From positions 619,396-683,395 of the forward strand of contig OZ242313.1 of assembly GCA_965208065.1 (NCBI GenBank): a stretch of DNA of 64,000 bases, written 5' to 3'. Under the pieces are notes generated by a model. The model was given only the letters and a program-made list of their open reading frames with translations. It made no database searches and had not been told where the DNA came from. The position numbers and the translations under genes are program-made. Origin of the DNA: Spirochaetia bacterium. GTDB lineage: Bacteria > Spirochaetota > Spirochaetia > SZUA-6 > Bin103. Each line of letters opens with the position of its first letter. Positions within the stretch are counted from its first letter, which is position 1. Shown here piece after piece: positions 9,210 through 17,947 of this stretch.

Positions 9210-10181
9210 TCAAGCGGTAGGCGGCTGTACGGCGTTTCGCGTCAGGGTGGCCAGCAGCAGCGCCCGGGCGGTGTGCTTGCGGTTTTCCGCCTGTTCCCAC
9301 ACCACCGAGGCGGGCCCCTCGAACACCTCCTCGGTGACCTCGTTGCCCTTCACCGCCGGCAGGTCGTGCATGAACACGCAGCCGGGGTTGCCGGTGCGGG
9401 CGAGCAGGGTGCTGTTCACCTGGTAGGGAGCCAGCAGCGCGTAGCGCTCGGCCGACTGCTCCTCCTCGCCCATCGACACCCATACGTCGGTATACACGGC
9501 GTCGGCGCCGGCCACCAGCCCGGTGCCGGAACCGCACTCGATGCGGGCGCCGCTGGCTGCCGCGTACGGCGCGCACTGGCTGCGCAGAGCGGCGGGGGGC
9601 GCCAGCTGGTCCGGGCCGACGGCGGTGAAGTGCACACCGGTCAGGCTGCACCCGATCATCAGCGAGCTCGCGATGTTGTTGCGGCAGTCGCCCACGTAGG
9701 CCAGCTTGAGGCCGGCCAGGCGGCCGAAGTGCTGCTCGAGCGTCATCAGGTCGGCGAGCACCTGAGTGGGGTGGCGGGCGTCGGTCAGGCCGTTGTACAC
9801 CGGCACGCCGGACAGGCGGGCGAGCGCCTCCACGGTTGCCTGCTCGAAGCCGCGGAACTGGATGGCGTTAAACATGCGGCCGAGAATGCGCGCGGTGTCT
9901 TCGAGCGACTCCTTGGCGCCGAGGTGGATGTCGTCGGAGCCGAGGAACACCGGGTGGCCGCCCTCTTCGCCGAACGCGGTGTCGAACGCGCAGCGGGTGC
10001 GGGTGGAAGGCTTCTCGTACAGCAGCGCCAGGCTCATGCCGGCGAACCGCTGCTGCACGGTGCCGGCGCGCCGGTCCTTCCTGGCGCGGTGAGCGAGCGC
10101 CAGCAGCAGGCGAATGTCGGCGGGCGAAAAATCGCTCAGCGTGAGCAGCGAGCGTCCATACAGGTGAGCGGTATCATCCAT
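9210..10181 (-). CDS. argF: Ornithine carbamoyltransferase-family protein (argF/argI-like). It carries HDLP in place of the canonical HCLP motif.
   Basis: STRTR, DVWVSMG and the C-terminal VWEQAENRKHTARALLLATL closely parallel OTC. The start is called at MDDTAHLY. Confidence 0.8.
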   Translation of the reverse strand: MDDTAHLYGRSLLTLSDFSPADIRLLLALAHRARKDRRAGTVQQRFAGMSLALLYEKPSTRTRCAFDTAFGEEGGHPVFLGSDDIHLGAKESLEDTARILGRMFNAIQFRGFEQATVEALARLSGVPVYNGLTDARHPTQVLADLMTLEQHFGRLAGLKLAYVGDCRNNIASSLMIGCSLTGVHFTAVGPDQLAPPAALRSQCAPYAAASGARIECGSGTGLVAGADAVYTDVWVSMGEEEQSAERYALLAPYQVNSTLLARTGNPGCVFMHDLPAVKGNEVTEEVFEGPASVVWEQAENRKHTARALLLATLTRNAVQPPTA

Positions 10182-10316
10182 GATTGGCTCCGCGGAGTTG
10201 CGAAATAGAGGCTGGACGTTACCGGATGAGCCGCCCGCGCCGCAAGAGGGTCCGTACAGCCGTACATGGGATCGCAGTTGACAGCAGGGGCCGAATCGAG
10301 GCAATTTGCCCCGTCC

Positions 10317-10401
10317 GCTGCGGTGGTGGAATTGGTAGACACGCTAGCTTGAGGGGCTAGTGGGCGTTTAGCCCGTGAAGGTTCAAGTCCTTTCCGCAGC
10401 A
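10317..10401 (+). tRNA. tRNA-Leu (anticodon GAG), 85 nt with a long variable arm.
   Basis: Acceptor stem GCTGCGG/CCGCAGC (7 bp), D-arm GTGGAATTGGTAGAC, anticodon stem-loop CTAGC-TTGAGGG-GCTAG, long variable arm, T-arm GGTTCAAGTCC. Confidence 0.85.
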
Positions 10402-10425
10402 ACCCCCTGCAGCCGCCCCGGTGCG

Positions 10426-11388
10426 CTACGGGATAAGCAGCAGCTTGCCCGCGGTGGTGCGGCCCGCCAGGTCGGCATGCGCCGCGGCCGCCTCCGCGAG
10501 CGGGTACTCGCGGTGAACCAGCACGTCCAACTCGCCGGCCGCAACCCAGGAGAACAGTTCCGCACTGCGCGCCGCGAGTTCGCCGGGCTCGGCAATGTAG
10601 TCGGCCAGCGACGGGCGGGTGAGATACAGCGAGCCGCCCTGCGACAGCATCGCCGGCTCGAAGCCGGTCACCGGACCGCTCGACTGGCCGTAGCTCACCA
10701 GCACGCCGCGCCTGCGCAGCGCCGCCAGGGAGCCGCCGAAGGTGGCCTGGCCAACCGAATCGTACACCACGTCGACGCCGGCGCCGCCGGTGAGCCGCCG
10801 CACCTCATCGGGTACGTCGCCGTAGTCGAGCACGTGGTCGGCGCCGAGCGCGCGCACCATGGCCGCCTTCGCCGGCGTGGAGCAGGTCGCCAGCACGGTG
10901 GCGCCGCGGTGCCGCGCGGCCTGCACCAGGAGGCGGCCGACGCCGCCCGCGGCTGCATGCACCAGCACCGCGGAGCCGGGCGCAAGCGGCGCGCTCGCGG
11001 TAACCAGGTAGTGGGCCGTGAGCCCCTGCAGAAACACCGCCGCCGCCAGCCTGGTGGACAGCCCGGCGGGCAGCTCGACCACCATGCGCGCCGGCACCAC
11101 GGCGTACTCGGCGTAGGCGCCCACGGTCATGGCGTAGGCCACGCGCATGCCCGGGGACACGGCGGTCACGTCGCTGCCGACGGCATCGATCACCCCGGCA
11201 CCCTCCATGCCGGGAGTGAATGGCGTGGCCACGGGGTAGAGACCGGTGCGCTGGTAGATGTCGATGAAGTTGACACCCGCCGCTTCAATCTTGACGCGGA
11301 CTTCCCGCGCGCCCGGTTCGGGTAAGGGTAGGTCGGTCATCCGGAGGACCTCGGGCCCGCCGGGCCCGGCAACTTGTACCGCCCGCAT
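10426..11388 (-). CDS. qor: NADPH:quinone oxidoreductase (zeta-crystallin / MDR superfamily).
   Basis: MRAVQV...GVNFIDIYQRTGLYP...AAGGVGRLLVQ... is typical of Qor. It lies 3 nt downstream of nrdB. Confidence 0.8.
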   Translation of the reverse strand: MRAVQVAGPGGPEVLRMTDLPLPEPGAREVRVKIEAAGVNFIDIYQRTGLYPVATPFTPGMEGAGVIDAVGSDVTAVSPGMRVAYAMTVGAYAEYAVVPARMVVELPAGLSTRLAAAVFLQGLTAHYLVTASAPLAPGSAVLVHAAAGGVGRLLVQAARHRGATVLATCSTPAKAAMVRALGADHVLDYGDVPDEVRRLTGGAGVDVVYDSVGQATFGGSLAALRRRGVLVSYGQSSGPVTGFEPAMLSQGGSLYLTRPSLADYIAEPGELAARSAELFSWVAAGELDVLVHREYPLAEAAAAHADLAGRTTAGKLLLIP

Positions 11389-11391
11389 CGG

Positions 11392-12405
11392 CTAGTCCCA
11401 GTCGAGGGCGCCGGCCGGCTGGTACTCGGTTACCCGGGTCTCGAAAAAGTTCTTCTCTTTGTTCAGGTCCATCGTGTGGCTCATCCAAGGGAACGGGTTG
11501 TCGGTTTCGTACTGGCGCGGCAGGCCGATCCGTTCCAACCGCCGGTCGGCGACGTACTCGACGTAGCGGGCAAACTGCACGGCGTTGATGCCGAGCAGCC
11601 CGTCGGGGCAGGCGTCGTGGGCGTACGCCTGTTCGAACTGCACGCCGCGCCGTACCAGGTCCACCACCTCGGCCTGCAGCTCCGCCGACCAGGCGGCCGG
11701 ATAATCCTGCCTGATGGTGTTGATCAACTCGCAGCCGAACGCCAGGTGCACGCTTTCGTCGCGCATGATGAACTCGAACTGCTCGCCGATGCCGATCATC
11801 TTGCCCTGCCGCTTGAGCGCCAGCATCATGGCGAACCCGGCGTAGAAGAAGATCCCTTCCATGATCACGTAGTAGCCGATCAGGTCACGCAGGAAGCGCT
11901 GCACGTTGGTGGTGCGGTCGGCCGCGGCCGGCGCGATCAGGTCAAAGGACGGATCGAAAATCGACCGGGTGATTTCGATCACGAACTGGTCCTTCTCGCG
12001 GATGCTCGGAATGGTGTGGTACATGGTGTAGATCCGGTCCGGATCGAGGCCGAGCGAATCGCTGCAGTAAATGAAGGTGTCGGTGTGGATCGCCTCCTCG
12101 AACGCCTGCCGCAGCAGGTACTGGCGGCACTCGGGGTTGGTGACGTGGCGATACACCGCGAGCACGATGTTGTTGGCGGTCAGCGACTCGGCGGTGGAGA
12201 AGAAGCCGAGATTCCACAGAATAAGACGCCGCTCGGTGTCGCTGAGCACGTCCGGGGCTTTCCACTGCTCCACGTCCTTCTGCATCGACACCTCTTCCGG
12301 GACCCAGTTGTTGGCTACCCCATTCTTGTAGAACTCGCGTGCCCACGGGTAGGTAAGCGGGAGAATCTTGTTGGGGTCGGTGGCGGAGGCGCCGATGATC
12401 GGCAT
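11392..12405 (-). CDS. nrdB: Class I ribonucleotide reductase small (beta) subunit.
   Basis: Ferritin-like diiron/tyrosyl-radical motifs (EAIHTDTF, FYAGFA, DESVHLAFG). It lies immediately downstream of nrdA. Confidence 0.9.
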   Translation of the reverse strand: MPIIGASATDPNKILPLTYPWAREFYKNGVANNWVPEEVSMQKDVEQWKAPDVLSDTERRLILWNLGFFSTAESLTANNIVLAVYRHVTNPECRQYLLRQAFEEAIHTDTFIYCSDSLGLDPDRIYTMYHTIPSIREKDQFVIEITRSIFDPSFDLIAPAAADRTTNVQRFLRDLIGYYVIMEGIFFYAGFAMMLALKRQGKMIGIGEQFEFIMRDESVHLAFGCELINTIRQDYPAAWSAELQAEVVDLVRRGVQFEQAYAHDACPDGLLGINAVQFARYVEYVADRRLERIGLPRQYETDNPFPWMSHTMDLNKEKNFFETRVTEYQPAGALDWD

Positions 12406-12408
12406 GGT

Positions 12409-15357
12409 TTACTGACACACCTCGCACGACTCGTCGTCGAGCTGGCAGGCCTGCGGGGTCGGGAGGGCGTCGTGCAGCGCTTCGGGATCGGCCACGGCCG
12501 TGGCCGCGGCGCCCGCGGCTGTCGCCGCCGGGGAACTCACGGCCGCGGCGTTCACGGCCGGGGTCGTCACGGCCGGGGCGCTCACCGCCGGCGCGGCGCC
12601 GTTGGCGGCGCCGTTCCGGGCCGGGTCCGGCGCGGGTGCGGCGCCGGGGCTGTCCGCGGTGCCGTTGCCGCGCCGCTGCGTGTAGCCGTAGGCGGAGCCG
12701 AGGGTCGCCTTCTCCACCTGCGACGCGGCCATGGTGCGCAGGTAGTAGGTGGTCTTCAGGCCGAGTTGCCACGCCAGCTGGTAGATGTCCGACAGCAGCC
12801 GGCCCGACGTTCCCTGCATGAATATGTTCAGCGACTGGCTCTGATCGAGCCACTTGCCGCGCACCGCCGCCAGCCGCAGGTACCACAGCGGATCGATTTC
12901 GAACGCCACCTTGTACTTGCGGCGCAGGTGCGGGGACAGGTCGTGCATCTGCTGCAGGCTGCCGTCGTGGAACTTCAGTTCGTCGGCGGTTTTCTGGTTC
13001 CAGTGCCCGGCGGTGCGCAGGTCCGCCACCAAGTAGGGATTGATCACCGTGAACTCGCCGCTGATGTTGCTCTTCACGTAGATGTTCTTGTAGGGCGGCT
13101 CGAAACTCGGGAAGCAGCCGGCGATGTTGGAGATGGTCGCGGTCGGTGCGATCGCCATGGTGTTGGAGTTGCGCATGCCGTGGCGCGCCACGTGCTCGCG
13201 GACCGGCGTCCAGTCCAGCGCGCCGCCGGCCTCCACCGCCAGCGCCATGCCGCGCTCCTCCTCCAGCAGTGCCAGGGTGTCGTGCGGCAGCACGCCGCGG
13301 TCCCACTTGGAGCCGGGGTAACTTTCGTAGGTGCCGCGTTCGGCGGCGAGCCGCGAGGAGGCAAGAATGGCGTGGTAGGAGATCGACTCCATCATGCGGT
13401 CCACCACGGTCATGGTGTCGGGGTCCTCGTACGCCAGGTCGAGCTTGAACAGAGCATCCTGCAGGCCCATCAATCCGAGGCCGACCGGCCGATGGCGCAG
13501 GTTGGAGTGCTTCGCCTCCTCGGTGGGGTAGAAGTTGATGTCGATCACGTTGTCGAGCATGCGCATCGCCACGGTTACCGTGTCGGCGAGCAACTCCTCG
13601 TCCACCCCGTCGGCGCTGACGTGGTTCTCCAGGTTCACCGAGCCGAGGTTGCATACCGCGGTCTCGCTATCGGAGGTGTTGAGCGTGATCTCCGTGCACA
13701 GGTTGGAGCTGTTCACCACCCCGGCGTGGTCCTGCGGGCTGCGGATGTTGCACGGGTCCTTGAAGGTAATCCAGGGATGCCCGGTCTCGAACAGCATGCT
13801 GAGCATCTTGCGCCACAGCTTGACGGCCGGCAGCGTGCGGTGGCGGCGCAGCTTGCCGGCGCGCGCCTGTTCTTCGTAATGGCGGTAGCGCTGTTCGAAC
13901 TTGCGGCCGTAGAGCGCGTGCAGGTCGGGGGTCTCGTCGGGCGAGAACAGGGTCCACTCCTGGCCGGCGAGCACCCGCTTCATGAACAGGTCCGGGATCC
14001 AGTTGGCGGTGTTCATGTCGTGGGTGCGGCGGCGCTCGTCGCCGGTGTTGCGGCGCAGATCCAGGAAGTCCTCGATGTCGAGGTGCCAGGTTTCCAGGTA
14101 GGCGCAGGTGGCGCCGCGGCGCTTGCCGCTGCGGTTGATGGCCAGCGTCACGTCGCTGGCGATCTTCAGGAACGGCACCACGCCCTGGCTCTCCACGCCG
14201 GTGCTGCGGATGGCGGCGCCGGTGGCGCGGATGTTGCTCCAGTCGTTGCCGAGCCCGCCCGACCACTTGGACAGCTGCGCATTGTCGGAGAACGCCTTGA
14301 AGATGCTGCCGAGGTCGTCGCCGACCGTGGTCAGGTAGCAGGAACTGAGTTGCGGGTGGTTGGTGCCGGCGTGGAACAGGGTCGGCGTCGAGGGTACGAA
14401 GCGCAGGCTCGAGATCAGCTCGTAGAACCGGATTGCCTGCGCCTCGCGATCCTGCTCCGGCAGTGCGATGCCCATGGCGACGCGCATCCAGAACGCCTGC
14501 GGCGTTTCGATGACCGCACCGTCGACGCGGGTGAAGTAGCGCTCGTACAGCGTCTGCACGCCCATGTACAGGAACTGGCCGTCGCGTTCCGGCCGCAGCG
14601 CGGCGCTCAGGCGCTCGAAGTCGTAGTCGAGCAGCCGCTTGTCGAAGGTGCCGGCGTTCACGCCGCGGCGGATGCCGTCGCGGAACGCGCTCCGGTAGTC
14701 GGCGTCGAGGGTGTCGGCGGCCAGCGGGGCGCCGATCACCTCCTTGTAGATGCGGCGCAGGAACAGGCGCGCGGCGAGCCGGCTGTAGGCGGGATCGCGC
14801 TCAATGAAGGAAGCGCTCGCGAGCAGCAGCGCCTTCTCGATTTCGGTGCTCGCGATGCCGTCGTAGATGTTGCGGATGGTCTCGCGCGCCACCTCGTCGA
14901 CGGCGATCGACGCGGCCGGGGCGGCGCCCTGCGCGGCGTCGCGGATGGTGCGCGTCAGCTTGGCGATGTCGAACAGCACCACCCGCCCATCGCGGGCGCG
15001 TACGGTGAGCTTGCCGAGCAGCGACTGCTCGGCGACCTGGTCCTTGTGCTGTTCGCGCGCCTGCTGGCGCTCGGCCCGGTACAGGATGTACGCCTTGGCG
15101 ATCTCGTACATTCCGTTCTTGACCAGGTGTTTCTCGACGATGTCCTGGATGTTCTCGACGTTGGGGTACAGTTCGGTGAAGCGGGTATCTATTTCGCCCA
15201 CCACGGCCGCCACCACCGAGCTCAGGGTGCCGTTCTCGAGCGTGCCCCACTGGTCAGGGGGAGCGGTAGCCCGTATGGCTTTCGATATCGCGACACGGAT
15301 CCGGCCGCCGTCAAAGTCGACGACCTCTCCGGTCCGCTTGATGACCATCTGGCTCAC
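12409..15357 (-). CDS. nrdA: Class Ia ribonucleotide reductase large (alpha) subunit, with an N-terminal ATP-cone and a C-terminal Cys pair.
   Basis: ATP-cone VIKRTGEVVDFDGGRIRVAISKA, catalytic core (NLCTEI, SNL, ...), and a C-terminal CQLDDESCEVCQ. An unusual Ala/Pro/Val/Thr-rich linker of about 75 aa precedes the C-terminal Cys pair. Confidence 0.9.
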   Translation of the reverse strand: MSQMVIKRTGEVVDFDGGRIRVAISKAIRATAPPDQWGTLENGTLSSVVAAVVGEIDTRFTELYPNVENIQDIVEKHLVKNGMYEIAKAYILYRAERQQAREQHKDQVAEQSLLGKLTVRARDGRVVLFDIAKLTRTIRDAAQGAAPAASIAVDEVARETIRNIYDGIASTEIEKALLLASASFIERDPAYSRLAARLFLRRIYKEVIGAPLAADTLDADYRSAFRDGIRRGVNAGTFDKRLLDYDFERLSAALRPERDGQFLYMGVQTLYERYFTRVDGAVIETPQAFWMRVAMGIALPEQDREAQAIRFYELISSLRFVPSTPTLFHAGTNHPQLSSCYLTTVGDDLGSIFKAFSDNAQLSKWSGGLGNDWSNIRATGAAIRSTGVESQGVVPFLKIASDVTLAINRSGKRRGATCAYLETWHLDIEDFLDLRRNTGDERRRTHDMNTANWIPDLFMKRVLAGQEWTLFSPDETPDLHALYGRKFEQRYRHYEEQARAGKLRRHRTLPAVKLWRKMLSMLFETGHPWITFKDPCNIRSPQDHAGVVNSSNLCTEITLNTSDSETAVCNLGSVNLENHVSADGVDEELLADTVTVAMRMLDNVIDINFYPTEEAKHSNLRHRPVGLGLMGLQDALFKLDLAYEDPDTMTVVDRMMESISYHAILASSRLAAERGTYESYPGSKWDRGVLPHDTLALLEEERGMALAVEAGGALDWTPVREHVARHGMRNSNTMAIAPTATISNIAGCFPSFEPPYKNIYVKSNISGEFTVINPYLVADLRTAGHWNQKTADELKFHDGSLQQMHDLSPHLRRKYKVAFEIDPLWYLRLAAVRGKWLDQSQSLNIFMQGTSGRLLSDIYQLAWQLGLKTTYYLRTMAASQVEKATLGSAYGYTQRRGNGTADSPGAAPAPDPARNGAANGAAPAVSAPAVTTPAVNAAAVSSPAATAAGAAATAVADPEALHDALPTPQACQLDDESCEVCQ
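12537..12596. repeat. 15-bp tandem repeat, about 4 copies (tcacggccg[c/g]gg...), inside the 3' end of nrdA. It encodes part of the low-complexity C-terminal linker.
   Basis: Read directly: tcacggccgcggcgt / tcacggccggggtcg / tcacggccggggcgc / tcaccgccggcgcgg. Confidence 0.6.
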
Positions 15358-15358
15358 C

Positions 15359-15619
15359 TCAGGTACCCCCCCGCCGTAGCGCGTGTTCTGGAAAGAGCTC
15401 CCGCTGACCTACGGCGGTGTCCGGGGCCGACCGGGCGGCGGCATCTGGTTCTATGACCGGCAGATACGTGCCATCGTCGATGGCGCGTTCCACGTCGGCC
15501 TCGATAAGTTGTATGAGCCGTCGAGTCATGGAGGTACCGCGCAGCGCGCACACCGCGTGAAACTGGTCGCGCAGCCGTATTGGCACCTGTCTGAGGTTTA
15601 TGGCCCCGTAGGCGCGCAT
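15359..15619 (-). CDS. Small ribbon-helix-helix (CopG/ParD/Arc-like) DNA-binding protein encoded immediately upstream of nrdA.
   Basis: An AAGGAG RBS is correctly spaced before the ATG at 15619. The translation INLRQVPIRLRDQFHAVCALRGTSMTRRLIQLIEADVERAI fits an RHH beta-strand plus two helices. Its stop lies 1 nt before the nrdA ATG. Confidence 0.45.
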   Translation of the reverse strand: MRAYGAINLRQVPIRLRDQFHAVCALRGTSMTRRLIQLIEADVERAIDDGTYLPVIEPDAAARSAPDTAVGQRELFPEHALRRGGT

Positions 15620-15680
15620 TTCGCTCCTTCCTGTTTTCCTGCCGCGGACGCCGTTACTACAAGCGCCTGAACCGACAGGG

Positions 15681-15721
15681 TATCAACCGTATCACTTGTA
15701 TTATCGGTAGTCAATGTGATT
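15681..15721. promoter_or_regulatory. Imperfect inverted/direct repeat (TATCAAC cg TATCACTTG ...N13... CAATGTGAT) in the nrd upstream region. Candidate operator.
   Basis: Read from the sequence about 60-100 nt upstream of the RHH ORF start. It does not match the NrdR-box consensus well. Confidence 0.25.
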
Positions 15722-15834
15722 CATCCTGAGCGGACGCGGAAATTTTCCCCTGGCTTGCTGCCTGTCCTCACCCGGCTCTGCGTTCCAACCCAGGCGCCGT
15801 TGCTTCAACGTAACTATTGGTATGAAAATATTTA

Positions 15835-16755
15835 CTAACCGTCCACCAGATCGGGATGGCCGGCGATGCAGACGAGGTTGCCGGCGCGGTGCAGGAATTG
15901 CTCGGCGGCCAGGTCGGCCAGCACCGCGGCGAGCCGGTCGTCGGGGCAGTGCTGCTGCAGTTCGGCGGTGGTCAGGCAGTGGTGCTCGGTGAGCAGGCGC
16001 AGCACGCGCCCGCGCAACTCGCGGCGGGAGCCGGCGAACGGGGTCTGGCGGCTGTAGTGGGCGCTGCGCCGGTTCGGGTTGCCGGGAAGGCGGCCGAGTG
16101 CGGCTCCCCAGTCCATCAGCGCGTGGTACCAGTGCCGCGGCTGGCGGCGGTCGACGGTGCGCGCCACCAGCGGTAGCAGCGCCGCGTCCGGGACGGTGGC
16201 GGCGGCGGGGAAGAACTGGTGCAGGAACACGCGCCGGATGTTGGTCTCGATGAACGCCGCCGGTTGCGCGAAGGCAAACGCCAGCAGGGCGCCGGCGGTG
16301 GACGGCCCTACCCCCGGCAGGCGCAGCAGGGCGTCGCGGTCGGGCGGCAGGGCGCCGCCGTGTTCGCCCACCAGGACGCCGGCGGCGCGCTGCAGCGCCA
16401 GCGCGCGGCGGTTGTAGCCGAGGCCGCTCCACCGTTCCAGGACGGCGGCCAGCGGCGCAGCGGCCAGGGTGGCGGGGTCCGGGAAGCGGGCGAGGAAGCG
16501 CGCGTAGTGGTCGAGCACGCGCGTAACCTGGGTCTGCTGCAGCATTACCTCCGATACCAGGATGGCGTACGGATCGCCGGTTTCGCGCCACGGCAGGTGC
16601 CGGTAGTGGCGCCGCCCGTGCCAGCAGACCCGGCGCCGGAACCGTACCAGCGCGGTTTCGTCGAGCACGACCGGGGCGGCGTGCCGCTTGCTCGCGGCAA
16701 GCGGCGGGCCGTAGTTTGAGTCGGCGCGGTCAGCGCGCGCCACGGTTGTACCCAT
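15835..16755 (-). CDS. HhH-GPD superfamily base-excision DNA glycosylase, MutY/Nth-like. No C-terminal 4Fe-4S Cys cluster is evident.
   Basis: YAILVSEVMLQQTQV...LPGVGPSTAGALLAFAF are HhH-GPD motifs. The start is uncertain, because the ORF overlaps the divergent ypdA start. Confidence 0.6.
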   Translation of the reverse strand: MGTTVARADRADSNYGPPLAASKRHAAPVVLDETALVRFRRRVCWHGRRHYRHLPWRETGDPYAILVSEVMLQQTQVTRVLDHYARFLARFPDPATLAAAPLAAVLERWSGLGYNRRALALQRAAGVLVGEHGGALPPDRDALLRLPGVGPSTAGALLAFAFAQPAAFIETNIRRVFLHQFFPAAATVPDAALLPLVARTVDRRQPRHWYHALMDWGAALGRLPGNPNRRSAHYSRQTPFAGSRRELRGRVLRLLTEHHCLTTAELQQHCPDDRLAAVLADLAAEQFLHRAGNLVCIAGHPDLVDG

Positions 16756-17779
16756 GGACATTGGACAGTTGATCATCATCGGCGCCGGCCCGGCCGGACT
16801 GGCGTGCTCGATCGCCGCGACCGGTGCCGGTCTCGATCACCTGGTCCTCGAGAAGGGCGCCATCGCCAACACCATCTACCGGTTCCCGGACGACATGACC
16901 TTCTTTTCCACCCCCGACAAGCTGGCCATCGGCGGCGTGCCGTTTACCTGTCCGGACAAGAAACCGTCGCGCCGCCAGACGGTCGCCTACTACCGCGACG
17001 TCGCCGTCCACTACGGCCTGCCGGTGCGAACCGGGCATACCGTTACCGCGCTGCGCCGGACGCCGGGCGGCTTTGCCGTAACCGCGGAGCAGCACGGCGC
17101 ACCCTACGCGCTCGCGGCGCACTCGGTGGTGGTGTCGACCGGCTTCTTCGATACGCCGGTGCGCCTCGGCATTCCGGGCGAGGATCTGCCCAAGTGCTCG
17201 CACTACTTCCATGACGGCCACCCCTATTATGGCCAGCGGGTGGCGGTCGTGGGAGGCGGCAATTCGGCCGTGGAGACCGCGCTCGATCTAATGCGCGCCG
17301 GTGCCCGGGTGACGCTGATTCACCGATCCGCCGAGTTGCGCCGCGGGGTCAAGTACTGGGTGCGTCCGGAACTGGAGAACCGCGTCGCCGACGGCGCCAT
17401 CGAGGCGCGCTTCAACACCGCGGTGGAGTCCGTGGAGCCGGACGCCGTCGTGGTGCGCGGCCCGGACGGCCGCGAGCGGCTGGCCAACGACGCGGTGCTG
17501 TTTCAGATCGGCTACCTGCCGACCGTCACCCTGCTGCGCCAGCTCGGCATCGGCAGCGACCCGGAAACCGCCGTGCCGGAGCACGATCCGGACACGCTGG
17601 AGACCGCGGTGCCGGGGCTGTTCGTGTGTGGCGCGCTGCTCGCCGGCAACATTGCCGGCAGCGTGTTCATCGAAGATGGCCGCGACCACGGCGAGCGCAT
17701 CGTCGCTATCATCCGGCGCCGCCTGCAGGAGCGCCGCCACGACAGCCGGGACAGCAGCCGGGATCGCGCCGCCGGCTGA
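16754..17779 (+). CDS. ypdA: YpdA-family pyridine nucleotide-disulfide oxidoreductase (putative bacillithiol disulfide reductase).
   Basis: GAGPAG FAD motif, PDDMTFFSTPDKLAIGG (characteristic of YpdA) and a second GGGNSA NAD(P) motif. Confidence 0.7.
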   Translation: MDIGQLIIIGAGPAGLACSIAATGAGLDHLVLEKGAIANTIYRFPDDMTFFSTPDKLAIGGVPFTCPDKKPSRRQTVAYYRDVAVHYGLPVRTGHTVTALRRTPGGFAVTAEQHGAPYALAAHSVVVSTGFFDTPVRLGIPGEDLPKCSHYFHDGHPYYGQRVAVVGGGNSAVETALDLMRAGARVTLIHRSAELRRGVKYWVRPELENRVADGAIEARFNTAVESVEPDAVVVRGPDGRERLANDAVLFQIGYLPTVTLLRQLGIGSDPETAVPEHDPDTLETAVPGLFVCGALLAGNIAGSVFIEDGRDHGERIVAIIRRRLQERRHDSRDSSRDRAAG

Positions 17780-17947
17780 GCCGCCGCGTCCACGCCGGGC
17801 ACGGTGCGCCGTCACCGCCGGCGTTCCCGATGGTGCCCGTCCTGACGCCGGCAAACCTGCCATGTACGAAGGCCGAGAGCCAACCGCCGGAACCGTGAGG
17901 GAACATGCTGTGGCTTCACGACGGGTGATGGGCGGGCCGCGGCGTTT

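Noticed and set aside
10317-10401. Alternative reading of the tRNA anticodon loop as CTTGAGG (anticodon UGA, Ser)
   Set aside because: That register gives a 4-bp anticodon stem with a mismatch. The register with a 5-bp stem, CTAGC/GCTAG, puts GAG at positions 34-36, and the long variable arm fits Leu.
11374-15456. 1360-aa plus-strand ORF
   Set aside because: Antisense to nrdB and nrdA, which have unambiguous RNR motifs.
15620-15835. NrdR boxes upstream of the nrd operon
   Set aside because: No convincing 16-bp acaCwAtATaTwGtgt-type palindrome pair was found. Only the weaker TATCAC repeat is reported as a low-confidence operator.
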